Shown: positions 1-8,068 of the stretch, in pieces
Position numbering within the stretch: the first letter of the stretch is position 1
How the letters are laid out: each line of letters opens with the position of its first letter
IMG/VR virus record: IMGVR_UViG_2541047960_000005
DNA: 43,137 bases
Direction: 5' to 3' (one strand)
Source: a virus
Lineage: Duplodnaviria > Heunggongvirae > Uroviricota > Caudoviricetes
Translations under genes and position numbers: made by a program
The notes under the pieces: generated by a model
The model's database searches: none
Seen by the model: only the letters and a program-made list of their open reading frames with translations
What the model was told of the DNA's origin: nothing

Positions 1-197
1 GCATCAATGGTCTTTACAAAGCGGAGGTAATACACCGTAAGAGCTGGAAAAACCGTGCAGAAGTGGAACTGGCCACACTCACGTGGGTGGACTGGTATAA
101 CAATCGACGATTGCTGGAAAGGCTGGGCCATACTCCTCCGGCAGAAGCAGAAAAAGCTTATTATGCTTCCATCGGAAACGATGATCTGGCAGCCTGA
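1..197 (+). mobile_element. IS3-family (rve/integrase-core) transposase, C-terminal fragment; 5' end lies outside the window
   Basis: Frame from nt 3 reads ...ELATLTWVDWYNNRRLLERLGHTPPAEAEKAYYASIGNDDLAA, stop TGA 195-197; the W-x-x-YN-x-RR...LG...P pattern is typical of IS3-family DDE transposase C-termini. Exact IS right end not determined. Confidence 0.6.
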
Positions 198-436
198 GTT
201 CACAGATAAAACACTCTCCAGGAAACCCGGGGCGGTTCAAGGCTGCCTATACGCTCTTTGATTTCTTTAATCAGTTCTTTGTCGGTTAAAGTGGTCATGG
301 GTCAGTTCTCAACCAATAGTTATGTGAATGAAAGAAAGCAGCCAAAGAATGGACTCAATAACTGCCCAACCAATAACGGCGCAAATGACACCGAAAACAA
401 CGAAAAAACCAGTACCAGGCAAATTATTGAACATCC

Positions 437-1114
437 TCACTCTCCTTTGATGCCAATGTTTACAGCCTGGCAAGCCTCTTTGAGCACCCAGTCAACAGCG
501 TCTTTCCATGCTCCGGTTTCGACTGGCGGGTTCTCACGTTTTACCTGCTCATAAAAACGCACCGCTTTAATCAGTCCTTCAGGTACTACTGGCGATGGCT
601 GTTTAGCTTCTAAATCAGCAATTCTGTCAACTACGGCATCTACTGCATCTGAAAAACCGAACCAGTTACTCCACTCAGGCCTATCCCCGGTTGCTGCAAA
701 ATACATATCAGCTAAAGCAGACTCAGCATGGTCACGCTCGTTAATGAGTTGCTCTTCGCTTTTCTCCAGTTCAGCAATACGCTTACTTCCATCCGAGATA
801 ACACCTTCGTAATACTCACGCTGCTCGTTGAGTTTTGATTTTGCCAACTCCAGTTGTTTTGTTAGTTCCGCAATACGGCAAACATCGTTGATACGCGTTT
901 CCTCTAATGCGTTGATCTCATCCAGCAGTGCCAGCACGGTTTCTGGTCCGGTCAGAAATTTGAAGGCGTTGAGCGCATCAATATCCACACCGTAATCTTT
1001 AAGTTCCTGTTCACTTAACAAATCATCATCAACTGGCAACATTAACAGGCGTTCCATTGCTGGAATTGCACGTTCCGCCACCTCACGCAGTGCCTGGTAA
1101 TTAATTTCGCTCAC
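437..1114 (-). CDS. Ea22/Ead-like early protein (tentative)
   Basis: 225-aa ORF with GTG start, GGAGG 6 nt upstream, N-terminus MSEINYQALREVAE; GTGA overlap with upstream gene; position in leftward early operon. Confidence 0.55.
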   Translation of the reverse strand: MSEINYQALREVAERAIPAMERLLMLPVDDDLLSEQELKDYGVDIDALNAFKFLTGPETVLALLDEINALEETRINDVCRIAELTKQLELAKSKLNEQREYYEGVISDGSKRIAELEKSEEQLINERDHAESALADMYFAATGDRPEWSNWFGFSDAVDAVVDRIADLEAKQPSPVVPEGLIKAVRFYEQVKRENPPVETGAWKDAVDWVLKEACQAVNIGIKGE

Positions 1115-1617
1115 TGGTTGCCTCCTTTGCGAAGCTGGGCAGCAAAGTCAACTAACCACTCAGTCATTTCAACCTTCCCTACCAGGTCTGAACCAGGGTA
1201 CATACAGCAATCACTCTGCGCCGCTTTGAAATCCTTATACTCATATTCTTGGGCCACCAGATTTTTTGCAGCTTCTATAGCAGCATCCACCCCCTGCGCC
1301 CGGACTTCAGCCAGGAAAGCATCAGTGGTTGGCGTTTCAGGTATCTGTCTCCTCATCCGTTCTATTGCATGATTGAACCCGAAGTCTTCCGCGAGAGATA
1401 CGTCATCCATATTGTCATTGTCATCTTCAATATCCCGTGATTCTGGAATTGCAGACTTTATTCCCGCATTCTCCGCTGCCAGCGCCGCGCACTTGGCCTC
1501 AAGAGCGGCAACCACTTCCTGATGGTCTTTGTACTTAACGTATGAGCCGGAGATGTCATCACCTTCGGTGTTTAGCCATGCGTCATTGCAATTCACTGCG
1601 TAGGTTCTGATGCTCAT
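1111..1617 (-). CDS. hypothetical early protein
   Basis: ATG at 1617 (MSIRTY...) preceded by GGGAGA; ATGA overlap with upstream ORF; acidic 168-aa product. Confidence 0.55.
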   Translation of the reverse strand: MSIRTYAVNCNDAWLNTEGDDISGSYVKYKDHQEVVAALEAKCAALAAENAGIKSAIPESRDIEDDNDNMDDVSLAEDFGFNHAIERMRRQIPETPTTDAFLAEVRAQGVDAAIEAAKNLVAQEYEYKDFKAAQSDCCMYPGSDLVGKVEMTEWLVDFAAQLRKGGNQ

Positions 1618-1799
1618 GTTGATGCTCTCCCGCCCCTGACAGACGCCAGGCCAGTCAATAAAGTATCCGCACAATGCCTACCCTCAGACGTGCGCGCAGG
1701 ATAAATGCCGTTATGACCCGGCAAAATATATGCTACCCATTCATCTTGCGTTGCCTGTTCCGCCGCCTCGCGCAGTGCCTGATAGTCAATCTTGCTCAC
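1614..1799 (-). CDS. small protein with Ea22-like N-terminal motif (possible remnant)
   Basis: GTG start with GGAGG 6 nt upstream; N-terminus MSKIDYQALREAAEQATQDEW; remainder low complexity; start module is a direct repeat of that at 1086-1130. Confidence 0.35.
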   Translation of the reverse strand: MSKIDYQALREAAEQATQDEWVAYILPGHNGIYPARTSEGRHCADTLLTGLASVRGGRAST

Positions 1800-2100
1800 T
1801 GGCAGCCTCCTTTGCCGGGATTTCTAACTTTTGAGTGGTTGTATCAAATTCAAACAACTTAACCACGTCATCAAACAGGACATAATCACCATCAGGATCT
1901 TCAGTCATATCTGCGCCACAATCCTGACCGCACGAGTCGCAACCATCCATATCAAGCTCGTATCGCTTCAGGTTTGCGATATTTGATAAATTCAGCGCCA
2001 GTACAGCCAGGTCATAAACCTCTTCGGCAGTGACATCGCTGTTCAGTCCCATTTCATGGCGATATATGATTTTTTCTACTCGTTGTTTTGTGATCGTCAT
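1786..2100 (-). CDS. hypothetical protein
   Basis: ORF-track frame; start chosen at ATG 2100 (MTITKQ...); acidic Cys-containing product. Confidence 0.45.
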   Translation of the reverse strand: MTITKQRVEKIIYRHEMGLNSDVTAEEVYDLAVLALNLSNIANLKRYELDMDGCDSCGQDCGADMTEDPDGDYVLFDDVVKLFEFDTTTQKLEIPAKEAASEQD

Positions 2101-2371
2101 TTTTCTCTTCACTCCGATATACAAGGATTACTACACCCCCTCTGCTGATTGCGCGAGCTGGATCCCCTGGTTCCATGCCGTCAATTCCGAAGGCTTCGGA
2201 AAACGCATTCATTGCCTTCTGGCGTTCATCCTGCTTACGGCGTTTATTCCATTTTTTCAGGAACAACAGCGACAGCCACCGTCCGCTGCAGAACACGATG
2301 TAAAAATAACCAAGGAGCGCCAGGCCGACATTCAGGGCCGTTTCTATGGTTAGTTGTGAGTCAGTTGCCAT
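2054..2371 (-). CDS. small membrane protein (one predicted TM helix)
   Basis: ATG at 2371; hydrophobic stretch ALNVGLALLGYFYIVFCSGRWLSLLFL followed by a basic segment. Confidence 0.5.
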   Translation of the reverse strand: MATDSQLTIETALNVGLALLGYFYIVFCSGRWLSLLFLKKWNKRRKQDERQKAMNAFSEAFGIDGMEPGDPARAISRGGVVILVYRSEEKNDDHKTTSRKNHISP

Positions 2372-2609
2372 TTCTTACCTGTTTAAGTAACTGGTTGAAC
2401 ATAACACTTAGGGGATTGCTGTATCCAAACGGCAGATTGTTTACGCAGTACAGAATCGTTTTGTTTTTTTCTCCAGTTCGTACTATTAACCCATTCCACA
2501 ATAACCGTGATAATTCATTACTGATAGAAGTTGCGCTTCTTCCAAGTGCGAGGGATATATCTTCTCTACTGCAATCTGGATTTTCCTGGATATACTCGAT
2601 AACGGTCAT
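2361..2609 (-). CDS. small winged-helix-like DNA-binding protein (tentative)
   Basis: ATG at 2609 with AAGGGA upstream; the helix-turn-helix resemblance in ...REDISLALGRSATSISNELSRLLWNGLIVRTGEK is by eye only. Confidence 0.45.
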   Translation of the reverse strand: MTVIEYIQENPDCSREDISLALGRSATSISNELSRLLWNGLIVRTGEKNKTILYCVNNLPFGYSNPLSVMFNQLLKQVRNGN

Positions 2610-2619
2610 GTGGTCCCTT

Positions 2620-3201
2620 TTACTTAATATCTGTTTCGGATTGCATGCCATGAGTATTCATTTCGTTAATAATTTCATCCAGAAGGATTTCAAGCCCTTC
2701 TCGACCCATATCTGAAAGAATGAAACCTTTATCAGGGGAAGTAGTGAGCATTTTCTGATAAAGAAACAGCGCTCTTCCCATTCCTTCAGCTTCGCCGTAT
2801 TTTTGAATTAAATTCCATTCAATATACTGTTGTAAGGCAAATCGAATGGGGCCGGGATATATCGTCATAAACCCATACATCCCGTTATATACCACGGCGT
2901 GTTCAGTTGTTCCGTGTTCATTCAGGATATCAATTGTGCCGTTCTTGTCTTCTTCTTCGTTGATGAATGTCGTCACATACAACCATCGCCACTGAGCAAC
3001 CTTCATCTCAACCGGAAGTTTACCCAGTAATCCTGCTTCGTCGGCTTGCGCCAGACACTGAAGGATACGTAAACCTCGCACATTAGGAGTATCGAATTCT
3101 CCGGCATCCAGACGACGTATGGCGTCGTGATAATCAATCGTCATACTGCCAGTTCGTATACCATTGGCTGTTGCTTCAGCCTGGAATTCATCGTATTGCA
3201 T
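2620..3201 (-). CDS. hypothetical protein (193 aa)
   Basis: ATG at 3201 with GAGGA 9 nt upstream; AT-rich gene; no recognisable motif. Confidence 0.6.
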   Translation of the reverse strand: MQYDEFQAEATANGIRTGSMTIDYHDAIRRLDAGEFDTPNVRGLRILQCLAQADEAGLLGKLPVEMKVAQWRWLYVTTFINEEEDKNGTIDILNEHGTTEHAVVYNGMYGFMTIYPGPIRFALQQYIEWNLIQKYGEAEGMGRALFLYQKMLTTSPDKGFILSDMGREGLEILLDEIINEMNTHGMQSETDIK

Positions 3202-3206
3202 GATAT

Positions 3207-3401
3207 TTATTCCTCATCTTCATCTTCATCTTCATCTGCTGGTGCAATAACGTCATATCCTGCCTTTTCTGCAATAAACAGGAATGTTGAAAGAGTTCCT
3301 ACAAGTTCATCGTCATGAACATGGCGAATGAATATTACTTTCCCGTTTTTGATGGTCAGCAATACTCTGGTTTGTTCGTGTTCTGCTGTTTTCTGATGCA
3401 T
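3207..3401 (-). CDS. small protein with acidic C-terminal tail
   Basis: 64-aa ORF ending ...PADEDEDEDEE, encoded by a CATCTT hexamer repeated about 4 times (3215-3238). Confidence 0.45.
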   Translation of the reverse strand: MHQKTAEHEQTRVLLTIKNGKVIFIRHVHDDELVGTLSTFLFIAEKAGYDVIAPADEDEDEDEE

Positions 3402-3595
3402 TATTATCTCCCGTATGCTTTACGCAGAAATAAGCAGGCAATATGCATGTAATTTTCACCGTATTGTGCAATAAGGCAGGCGGTCTTGTGTGATGCCATA
3501 TTCTTTATAAAAGTCACAATAAAGCCTCCTGTGGATTAAGGTTGTAACAATCCCCGGCGATAAAACCGCAATAAACGTTCAGGGCATATTTGTTG

Positions 3596-3961
3596 TTATT
3601 GCGCTAATTCTTTTTCGGCAGCAGCTTTTGTATACTCACATGCAAAACTCAGAATTTCGCTGCCGAGTGTTTTCGTTTCGTGATTACTGGACATATGTAA
3701 TACCTGTGTTGCATGCAATAAATGATAAACATTTACCGCAAATGAATCAGGCTCCAGACAAATGCCTTCGTAATTATCTTGCTGTGAGGTTGTTTCTGTC
3801 ATTGCTCCTGAAGTGCATGCGAGCCTGTTTTTGACAATTCTCTTTTCTCTAATCACTATATCGGCAACATCTATTGCCTTTACAACCTCCGGGAGAAGTT
3901 CCGGGTTTGTATAATCAAAGTCATCAACATGGAGAACAGTTATGTTTTCGAACTTTTTCAT
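3596..3961 (-). CDS. hypothetical protein (121 aa)
   Basis: ATG at 3961 with GAGGA upstream. Confidence 0.55.
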   Translation of the reverse strand: MKKFENITVLHVDDFDYTNPELLPEVVKAIDVADIVIREKRIVKNRLACTSGAMTETTSQQDNYEGICLEPDSFAVNVYHLLHATQVLHMSSNHETKTLGSEILSFACEYTKAAAEKELAQ

Positions 3962-4089
3962 GGCTTCCTCAGCTGACTTATATGTTCTGCTATATAGCGA
4001 GTCTCAGAAGTGTTTTCATATTGAGACTGTTTCCGCAATGATTGATAAAAATGTTCGCATGTACCTTGAGGGGCGAAGCGGCGATTATG

Positions 4090-4593
4090 TCACCATTGGT
4101 ATTGGTTCTTCCGCAGAAGAGCTTCGCGAGATAAGGGGCAAACTTGTTGAGATGCGTCATGGTGTTGCTGCTCCTCACTTTTTGGTTGCTCCGGAGGAGT
4201 AACCTCACCAGTTAACAGCCACATCGGATCGCAGCCAAGAATATTTGCCAGTGGGATAAGCATACTGATAGTTGGTTCATACTCTCCGCTCTCCCACTGG
4301 ATGATAATTTCTTCATCGAGATCGAGCAGCCTGGCGAGTTCGGCGGTTGTTAAGCCGCAGGCTTCGCGTTGGGTGCGAAGACGGTTGTTGATTGCAGAAT
4401 TTTTGTTCTGTAAAAGCATTGCTGACGATAGCTTTCTGGATATGCTATTTGTCATATCCCATGCCAGTCCTGCGCATGACTCTATATCGCTAGAGAGCGT
4501 AGCATCAGGTGTTGCTTTTGCTATTAGTGTAATGAGGCTGCCGAGGTTTTTCAGTTCTTCGAGACAGTCAAGAGTTGTAGCTTTATTGATCAT
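4090..4593 (-). CDS. HTH (XRE-family) DNA-binding protein at the first position of the leftward operon
   Basis: Central segment LRTQREACGLTTAELARLLDLDEEIIIQWESGEYEPTISMLIPLANILGCDPMWLLTGE is a classic XRE helix-turn-helix; GAGG upstream of ATG 4593; start overlaps an operator-like TGATAC site. Confidence 0.6.
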   Translation of the reverse strand: MINKATTLDCLEELKNLGSLITLIAKATPDATLSSDIESCAGLAWDMTNSISRKLSSAMLLQNKNSAINNRLRTQREACGLTTAELARLLDLDEEIIIQWESGEYEPTISMLIPLANILGCDPMWLLTGEVTPPEQPKSEEQQHHDASQQVCPLSREALLRKNQYQW

Positions 4594-4696
4594 GAGATGA
4601 TACCTCAGTTACGAACTTTGTTTTATGGTAACTAAGGTATCAAGGCGTGGCAAGTGATTTTTGATACTTTGGTTTCTTTTTGTGTTTTGTGTCTGG
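4594..4696. promoter_or_regulatory. operator/promoter region downstream of cI (OL/pL-like)
   Basis: Half-sites TGATAC (4598-4603), GTATCAA (4637-4643, inverted) and TTGATAC (4661-4667), matching sites on the other side of cI. Confidence 0.4.
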
Positions 4697-5353
4697 TCAG
4701 AAAATATCCCACCTGGCATCAACCACAACACCTACTATTTCGCAATCATTGTCCATTTCTATGATTGGATATTGTGGATTAAGGGGCTTTAGAAACGCCT
4801 TTCCCATGTCAGAAATATATTTTTTGAATGTTGCTTCATTGGTAGATTTTTTTCTGGCGATGACGTAACACCCTGAAAAAACTTCTTTATCTGGGTTGAC
4901 AAGGATCGACATTCCTTCAGGAAATGTTATTCCTACGGGCGAAGTCATTGAGTCTCCGTGCACTTCCAGCCAGAACCCCCTCTCACCAGCGTATTTTACA
5001 GAATGCCTCCAATTATCCTGATCATACATGTTGTAGTCATCACCAGAAGTTGCGAATAATCCTGCCTGAACCCAGTTAATTACAGGGTAAGAGTGTGCTG
5101 TGTCTCTCTGTGGGCAGCTCTTAACATTATTTTCCCAATGCTTATCTTTTTCATCTCCGTTCTGAAGCCACTGCGGTGAACACCGCAGTGCAGCTGCAAC
5201 TTTAAAAAGGGTGTCACCGTTGAAACTTTTTGTAAGGCCTTGCTCGGCTTTACTGATTGCAACTCTGGTGACCCCAGCTTTTTTAGCCAACGCATTTTGT
5301 GTTAACCCAGCTTTTTGCCGTGCGTTGATGAGACGTTCACCTAAAGACTTCAT
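4697..5353 (-). CDS. cI: CI-type prophage repressor (N-terminal HTH plus C-terminal LexA-like S24 peptidase)
   Basis: ATG at 5353 with GAGGAG upstream; N-terminal LTQNALAKKAGVTRVAISKAEQG; C-terminal S24 motifs including AG and VHGDSMTSP. Confidence 0.85.
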   Translation of the reverse strand: MKSLGERLINARQKAGLTQNALAKKAGVTRVAISKAEQGLTKSFNGDTLFKVAAALRCSPQWLQNGDEKDKHWENNVKSCPQRDTAHSYPVINWVQAGLFATSGDDYNMYDQDNWRHSVKYAGERGFWLEVHGDSMTSPVGITFPEGMSILVNPDKEVFSGCYVIARKKSTNEATFKKYISDMGKAFLKPLNPQYPIIEMDNDCEIVGVVVDARWDIF

Positions 5354-5464
5354 TTTTCTTCTCCTCTCATGGCTGTTGATACTAAAGTAACAGAATTTCT
5401 TGATACTTTGGGTTCCTGTGGTTAACATCGTTGGATAACAAAGTATCTGGTGTGAGACTAAAGA
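5354..5464. promoter_or_regulatory. operator/divergent promoter region upstream of cI (OR-like)
   Basis: TTGATAC at 5376-5382 and 5400-5406; 9-bp inverted repeat GATACTTTG (5402-5410) / CAAAGTATC (5439-5447); 24- and ~40-bp spacings mirror the OL side. Confidence 0.45.
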
Positions 5465-5692
5465 ATGACCCTTTATGAAATATTAAAAATTCAATTTAAA
5501 ACCAATGCCGCTATTGGTCGCAGGTTCCCAAAGAAAGGAAGGCCTCGTGGCAGTCAAGGTGTTGGAAAGTGGAAAACGCGAGGTGTTCCGGAGGATGTTG
5601 CCATTCTTTGTCATCTGGATCCGAGCATTCCATATACACACCCAAGTCTAGCGAATACAGAAGATGACAAGCCCACAGGAGACCAACAATGA
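5465..5692 (+). CDS. ORF at the cro position (doubtful)
   Basis: 75-aa ORF whose stop overlaps the next start (ATGA), but no recognisable HTH and a weak ribosome-binding site. Confidence 0.25.
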   Translation: MTLYEILKIQFKTNAAIGRRFPKKGRPRGSQGVGKWKTRGVPEDVAILCHLDPSIPYTHPSLANTEDDKPTGDQQ

Positions 5693-6396
5693 ACACCGCA
5701 ATTTTTAACGGCAAAGCATCCATGACCAGCGTTGAGATCGCAGAGCTGGTGGGAAGCCGACCAGATAGTGTTAAGAGAACTATTGAAACACTGGCTAAAA
5801 AGGGAATCATCCAATTTCCACAGACTGTGGAAATTGAGAATAAACAATCACTTGGGCCTCGCCGATTTTCTAGCGCGTATGTATTCGAAGGTGAACGAGG
5901 TAAGCGCGACAGCATCATTGTCGTCGCACAGCTCTGTCCTGAATTCACAGCTCGCCTGGTAGATCGCTGGCGCGAACTGGAAGAACAGATCCGTAAGCCA
6001 ATGAGCGAAATCGAAATGGTTGCCGCGATGGCTCTTGAAGCCGTTCGCCAACAGAAACGGATCACTCAGGTGGAAGAAAAAGTCAGCCACGTTGCTGAAA
6101 CAGTCGAGCAAATTAAAAAGGGCACTATTCGTGAGGGCTATGCCGGATATCGCCAACTGAAAGCAAAAACCGGTTTGTCAGATGATAAATGCCGCAATCT
6201 GGTGAACGCCTATCAGATTCCTACAGACACCCATGAGTTCATGACGCCGGACGGATTGTTGTCACGTCGCGCAATTGTTGCTGTGGAACCGTTTATGGCT
6301 GCTTTTTATCGGGTTATGGAGGAAGCAGAACCGCGAGGGACTCGCTGGTATCACCCGAAAATGGGGTTATTTCAGGTTATTGGTTGGCAGCGGTGA
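5689..6396 (+). CDS. phage antirepressor-like regulatory protein (tentative)
   Basis: AGGAG 7 nt upstream of ATG 5689; N-terminal MTSVEIAELVGSRPDSVKRTIETLAKKGII and central ...LVDRWRELEEQ resemble phage antirepressor families; not confirmed by search. Confidence 0.5.
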   Translation: MNTAIFNGKASMTSVEIAELVGSRPDSVKRTIETLAKKGIIQFPQTVEIENKQSLGPRRFSSAYVFEGERGKRDSIIVVAQLCPEFTARLVDRWRELEEQIRKPMSEIEMVAAMALEAVRQQKRITQVEEKVSHVAETVEQIKKGTIREGYAGYRQLKAKTGLSDDKCRNLVNAYQIPTDTHEFMTPDGLLSRRAIVAVEPFMAAFYRVMEEAEPRGTRWYHPKMGLFQVIGWQR

Positions 6397-6420
6397 AAAA
6401 AAAGCCGGGAGTAACCCGGC
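6393..6420 (-). terminator. intrinsic terminator oriented for leftward transcription
   Basis: A8 run then hairpin GCCGGG-AGTAA-CCCGGC (6404-6420); on the minus strand this is a hairpin followed by U8. Confidence 0.5.
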
Positions 6421-6615
6421 TCACTCAACATCAATAACGGGGAGCTGTTTCGCATAAAACGGCTCTGAAACATCCAAGAACAGTTCTAAAGATATCAGCA
6501 GCTATATGATCATTTCAAGACCAAATATTGATTCTGCAATTTCGGGACGTTACACTGTCTCTGCACCTTATAAAGCGGGTGCCGGGCGTGGAAACCCGAA
6601 ATTCAATATAGAGCA

Positions 6616-6638
6616 CAACCGCGCTCATGCGGTTTTTT
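6616..6638 (+). terminator. intrinsic terminator (rightward)
   Basis: Hairpin AACCGC-GCTCAT-GCGGTT followed by T6. Confidence 0.5.
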
Positions 6639-6808
6639 CGTGTCATGAGCATCGTTACGCCCAAATTATGGTGGGGCGTGCAGGGCCAACTTCGGTTGGG
6701 CCGGGTTCTATGTTGACCGGTATTTCCACCCCTGTACGTCTCACCACCTATATGGTCGTGGAAAGCCTTGGTGGTGAGTTCATTGAATTCAACATAGGGG
6801 CTGTCACC

Positions 6809-7360
6809 ATGACTACTCTCCCAACCCAATCTCGCCCTGAAATCACGATTATCAATGGTCGCGTTGTCACCACATCTCTTGCAGTAGCTAATTACTTTAC
6901 TAAACGGCATGAGCGGGTTTTAGATAGAATTAGAAACCTCGAATGTTCCGCTGAATTTACTGAACACAATTTTGTGTTAAGTGAATACACCGACGCATCA
7001 GGCCGCAAACTCCCTTGTTACCAAATCACCCGCGACGGTTTTGCGTTTCTTGCCATGGGCTTCACTGGTAAACGTGCTGCCCAGTTCAAAGAGGCATACA
7101 TCAACGCCTTTAACCAGATGGAGAAGAATTTATCTGGTGCTGACGCGGTTGATATGTCAGCTGTCGCACGAAACGCCAGAGGCGTATACCTGCATTTGCG
7201 TGAAATCCATCAAATCTGGACAAGCCAGCTTTATCCAATGCTTAAGGCCGTTGAATCTCCGCTGGCTAGCAAACTGTACGACCGTGTTGGTGATGCTGTT
7301 TTTGGCGCTGCACTTGTTGATTCCAGGCTGAATGGTTCTGACAAGGAGGTTCGCCCATGA
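6809..7360 (+). CDS. Rha-family phage regulatory protein
   Basis: ATG 6809 preceded by AGGGG; motifs VVTTSLAVANYFTKRHERVLDRIRN and YQITRDGFAFLAMGFTGKRAAQFKEAYINAF match Rha; the frame is open back to 6506, so the start could be earlier. Confidence 0.7.
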   Translation: MTTLPTQSRPEITIINGRVVTTSLAVANYFTKRHERVLDRIRNLECSAEFTEHNFVLSEYTDASGRKLPCYQITRDGFAFLAMGFTGKRAAQFKEAYINAFNQMEKNLSGADAVDMSAVARNARGVYLHLREIHQIWTSQLYPMLKAVESPLASKLYDRVGDAVFGAALVDSRLNGSDKEVRP

Positions 7361-7551
7361 TTAGTTACGAAATCATCATCTCCACTACGGAATACAGAAA
7401 CGATGTATCAGTTCGCACGGATGTATCTGTCTGGCACCGTCGCTATAAATCCAGAAAAACAGCGGAACTGAAAGCGGCAGAGATGTGTGAAACCATCTCA
7501 ATGAAAGGTAGCCCGGTTAAATACGTAACTACGGTGGAGGTGCGTCCATGA
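7357..7551 (+). CDS. hypothetical small protein
   Basis: Start overlaps the Rha stop (ATGA); part of a translationally coupled chain. Confidence 0.5.
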   Translation: MISYEIIISTTEYRNDVSVRTDVSVWHRRYKSRKTAELKAAEMCETISMKGSPVKYVTTVEVRP

Positions 7552-7772
7552 TCCGCCACATCGTTAATTCCCTGTATCACCGATACAACCGTTGCCCCCG
7601 TGTGGGGCAGTGGTTCGCCACAAGCAACGGTCACGTTCTGCGGGTTTGCCTAGTCAACGCTGAAAGCCAGAAAGTCGTGTGCGAACTACAGGGGCGTAGC
7701 TACACCATCAGTTACCCTCTGGCGGTATTTCTGTCTGGAAAAATGTTTAAGCGTCTGGGAGGTGTGGCGTGA
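7548..7772 (+). CDS. hypothetical small protein
   Basis: ATGA overlap on both sides. Confidence 0.5.
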   Translation: MIRHIVNSLYHRYNRCPRVGQWFATSNGHVLRVCLVNAESQKVVCELQGRSYTISYPLAVFLSGKMFKRLGGVA

Positions 7773-8068
7773 ACTGTTTTCAGTTTGTGTGCGGATGTGC
7801 TTTCGATAACCCGATTCAGCGCCTAATTATGTTGCGTGTTTTGATGTCGGGTTCTTCAGACGGTGAAGGCGAGAGAGTTATTGATCATCAGGTGCTTGCT
7901 GATTTCTGCTGTTGTTCTAAGCAAGCGATATTCAGGGAAACCCTGGCACTGGAAAGAGCTGGTTATCTTCATATCCGAAAAATTGCAACGCTTACTATTG
8001 ATGCAAAAGCCAGACTACAACCTGCGCGTGGCTACACAATTCTCATGCCGCGGAAGGAGGTTGTATGA
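7769..8068 (+). CDS. hypothetical small protein
   Basis: Overlapping start and stop; sits immediately upstream of the replication initiator. Confidence 0.5.
   Translation: MNCFQFVCGCAFDNPIQRLIMLRVLMSGSSDGEGERVIDHQVLADFCCCSKQAIFRETLALERAGYLHIRKIATLTIDAKARLQPARGYTILMPRKEVV

Noticed and set aside
258-554. 98-aa plus-strand ORF from the track
   Set aside because: Low-complexity product that overlaps the 3' end of the minus-strand Ea22-like gene, with no ribosome-binding site; probably non-coding DNA between the IS end and the phage genes.
1614-1674. Possible frameshift joining the 61-aa Ea22-like N-terminal ORF to the downstream 168-aa ORF
   Set aside because: The downstream frame has a stop immediately upstream (1678-1680) and its own SD plus ATG at 1617 overlapping the upstream TGA (ATGA coupling), so they are treated as separate genes; the remnant idea is kept as a finding.
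6506-6808. N-terminal extension of the Rha ORF (track start 6506), and the antisense 131-aa ORF 6515-6910
   Set aside because: Both translations are Arg/Cys-rich and non-protein-like; the region contains terminator hairpins and a promoter-like element, and a good SD precedes ATG 6809.
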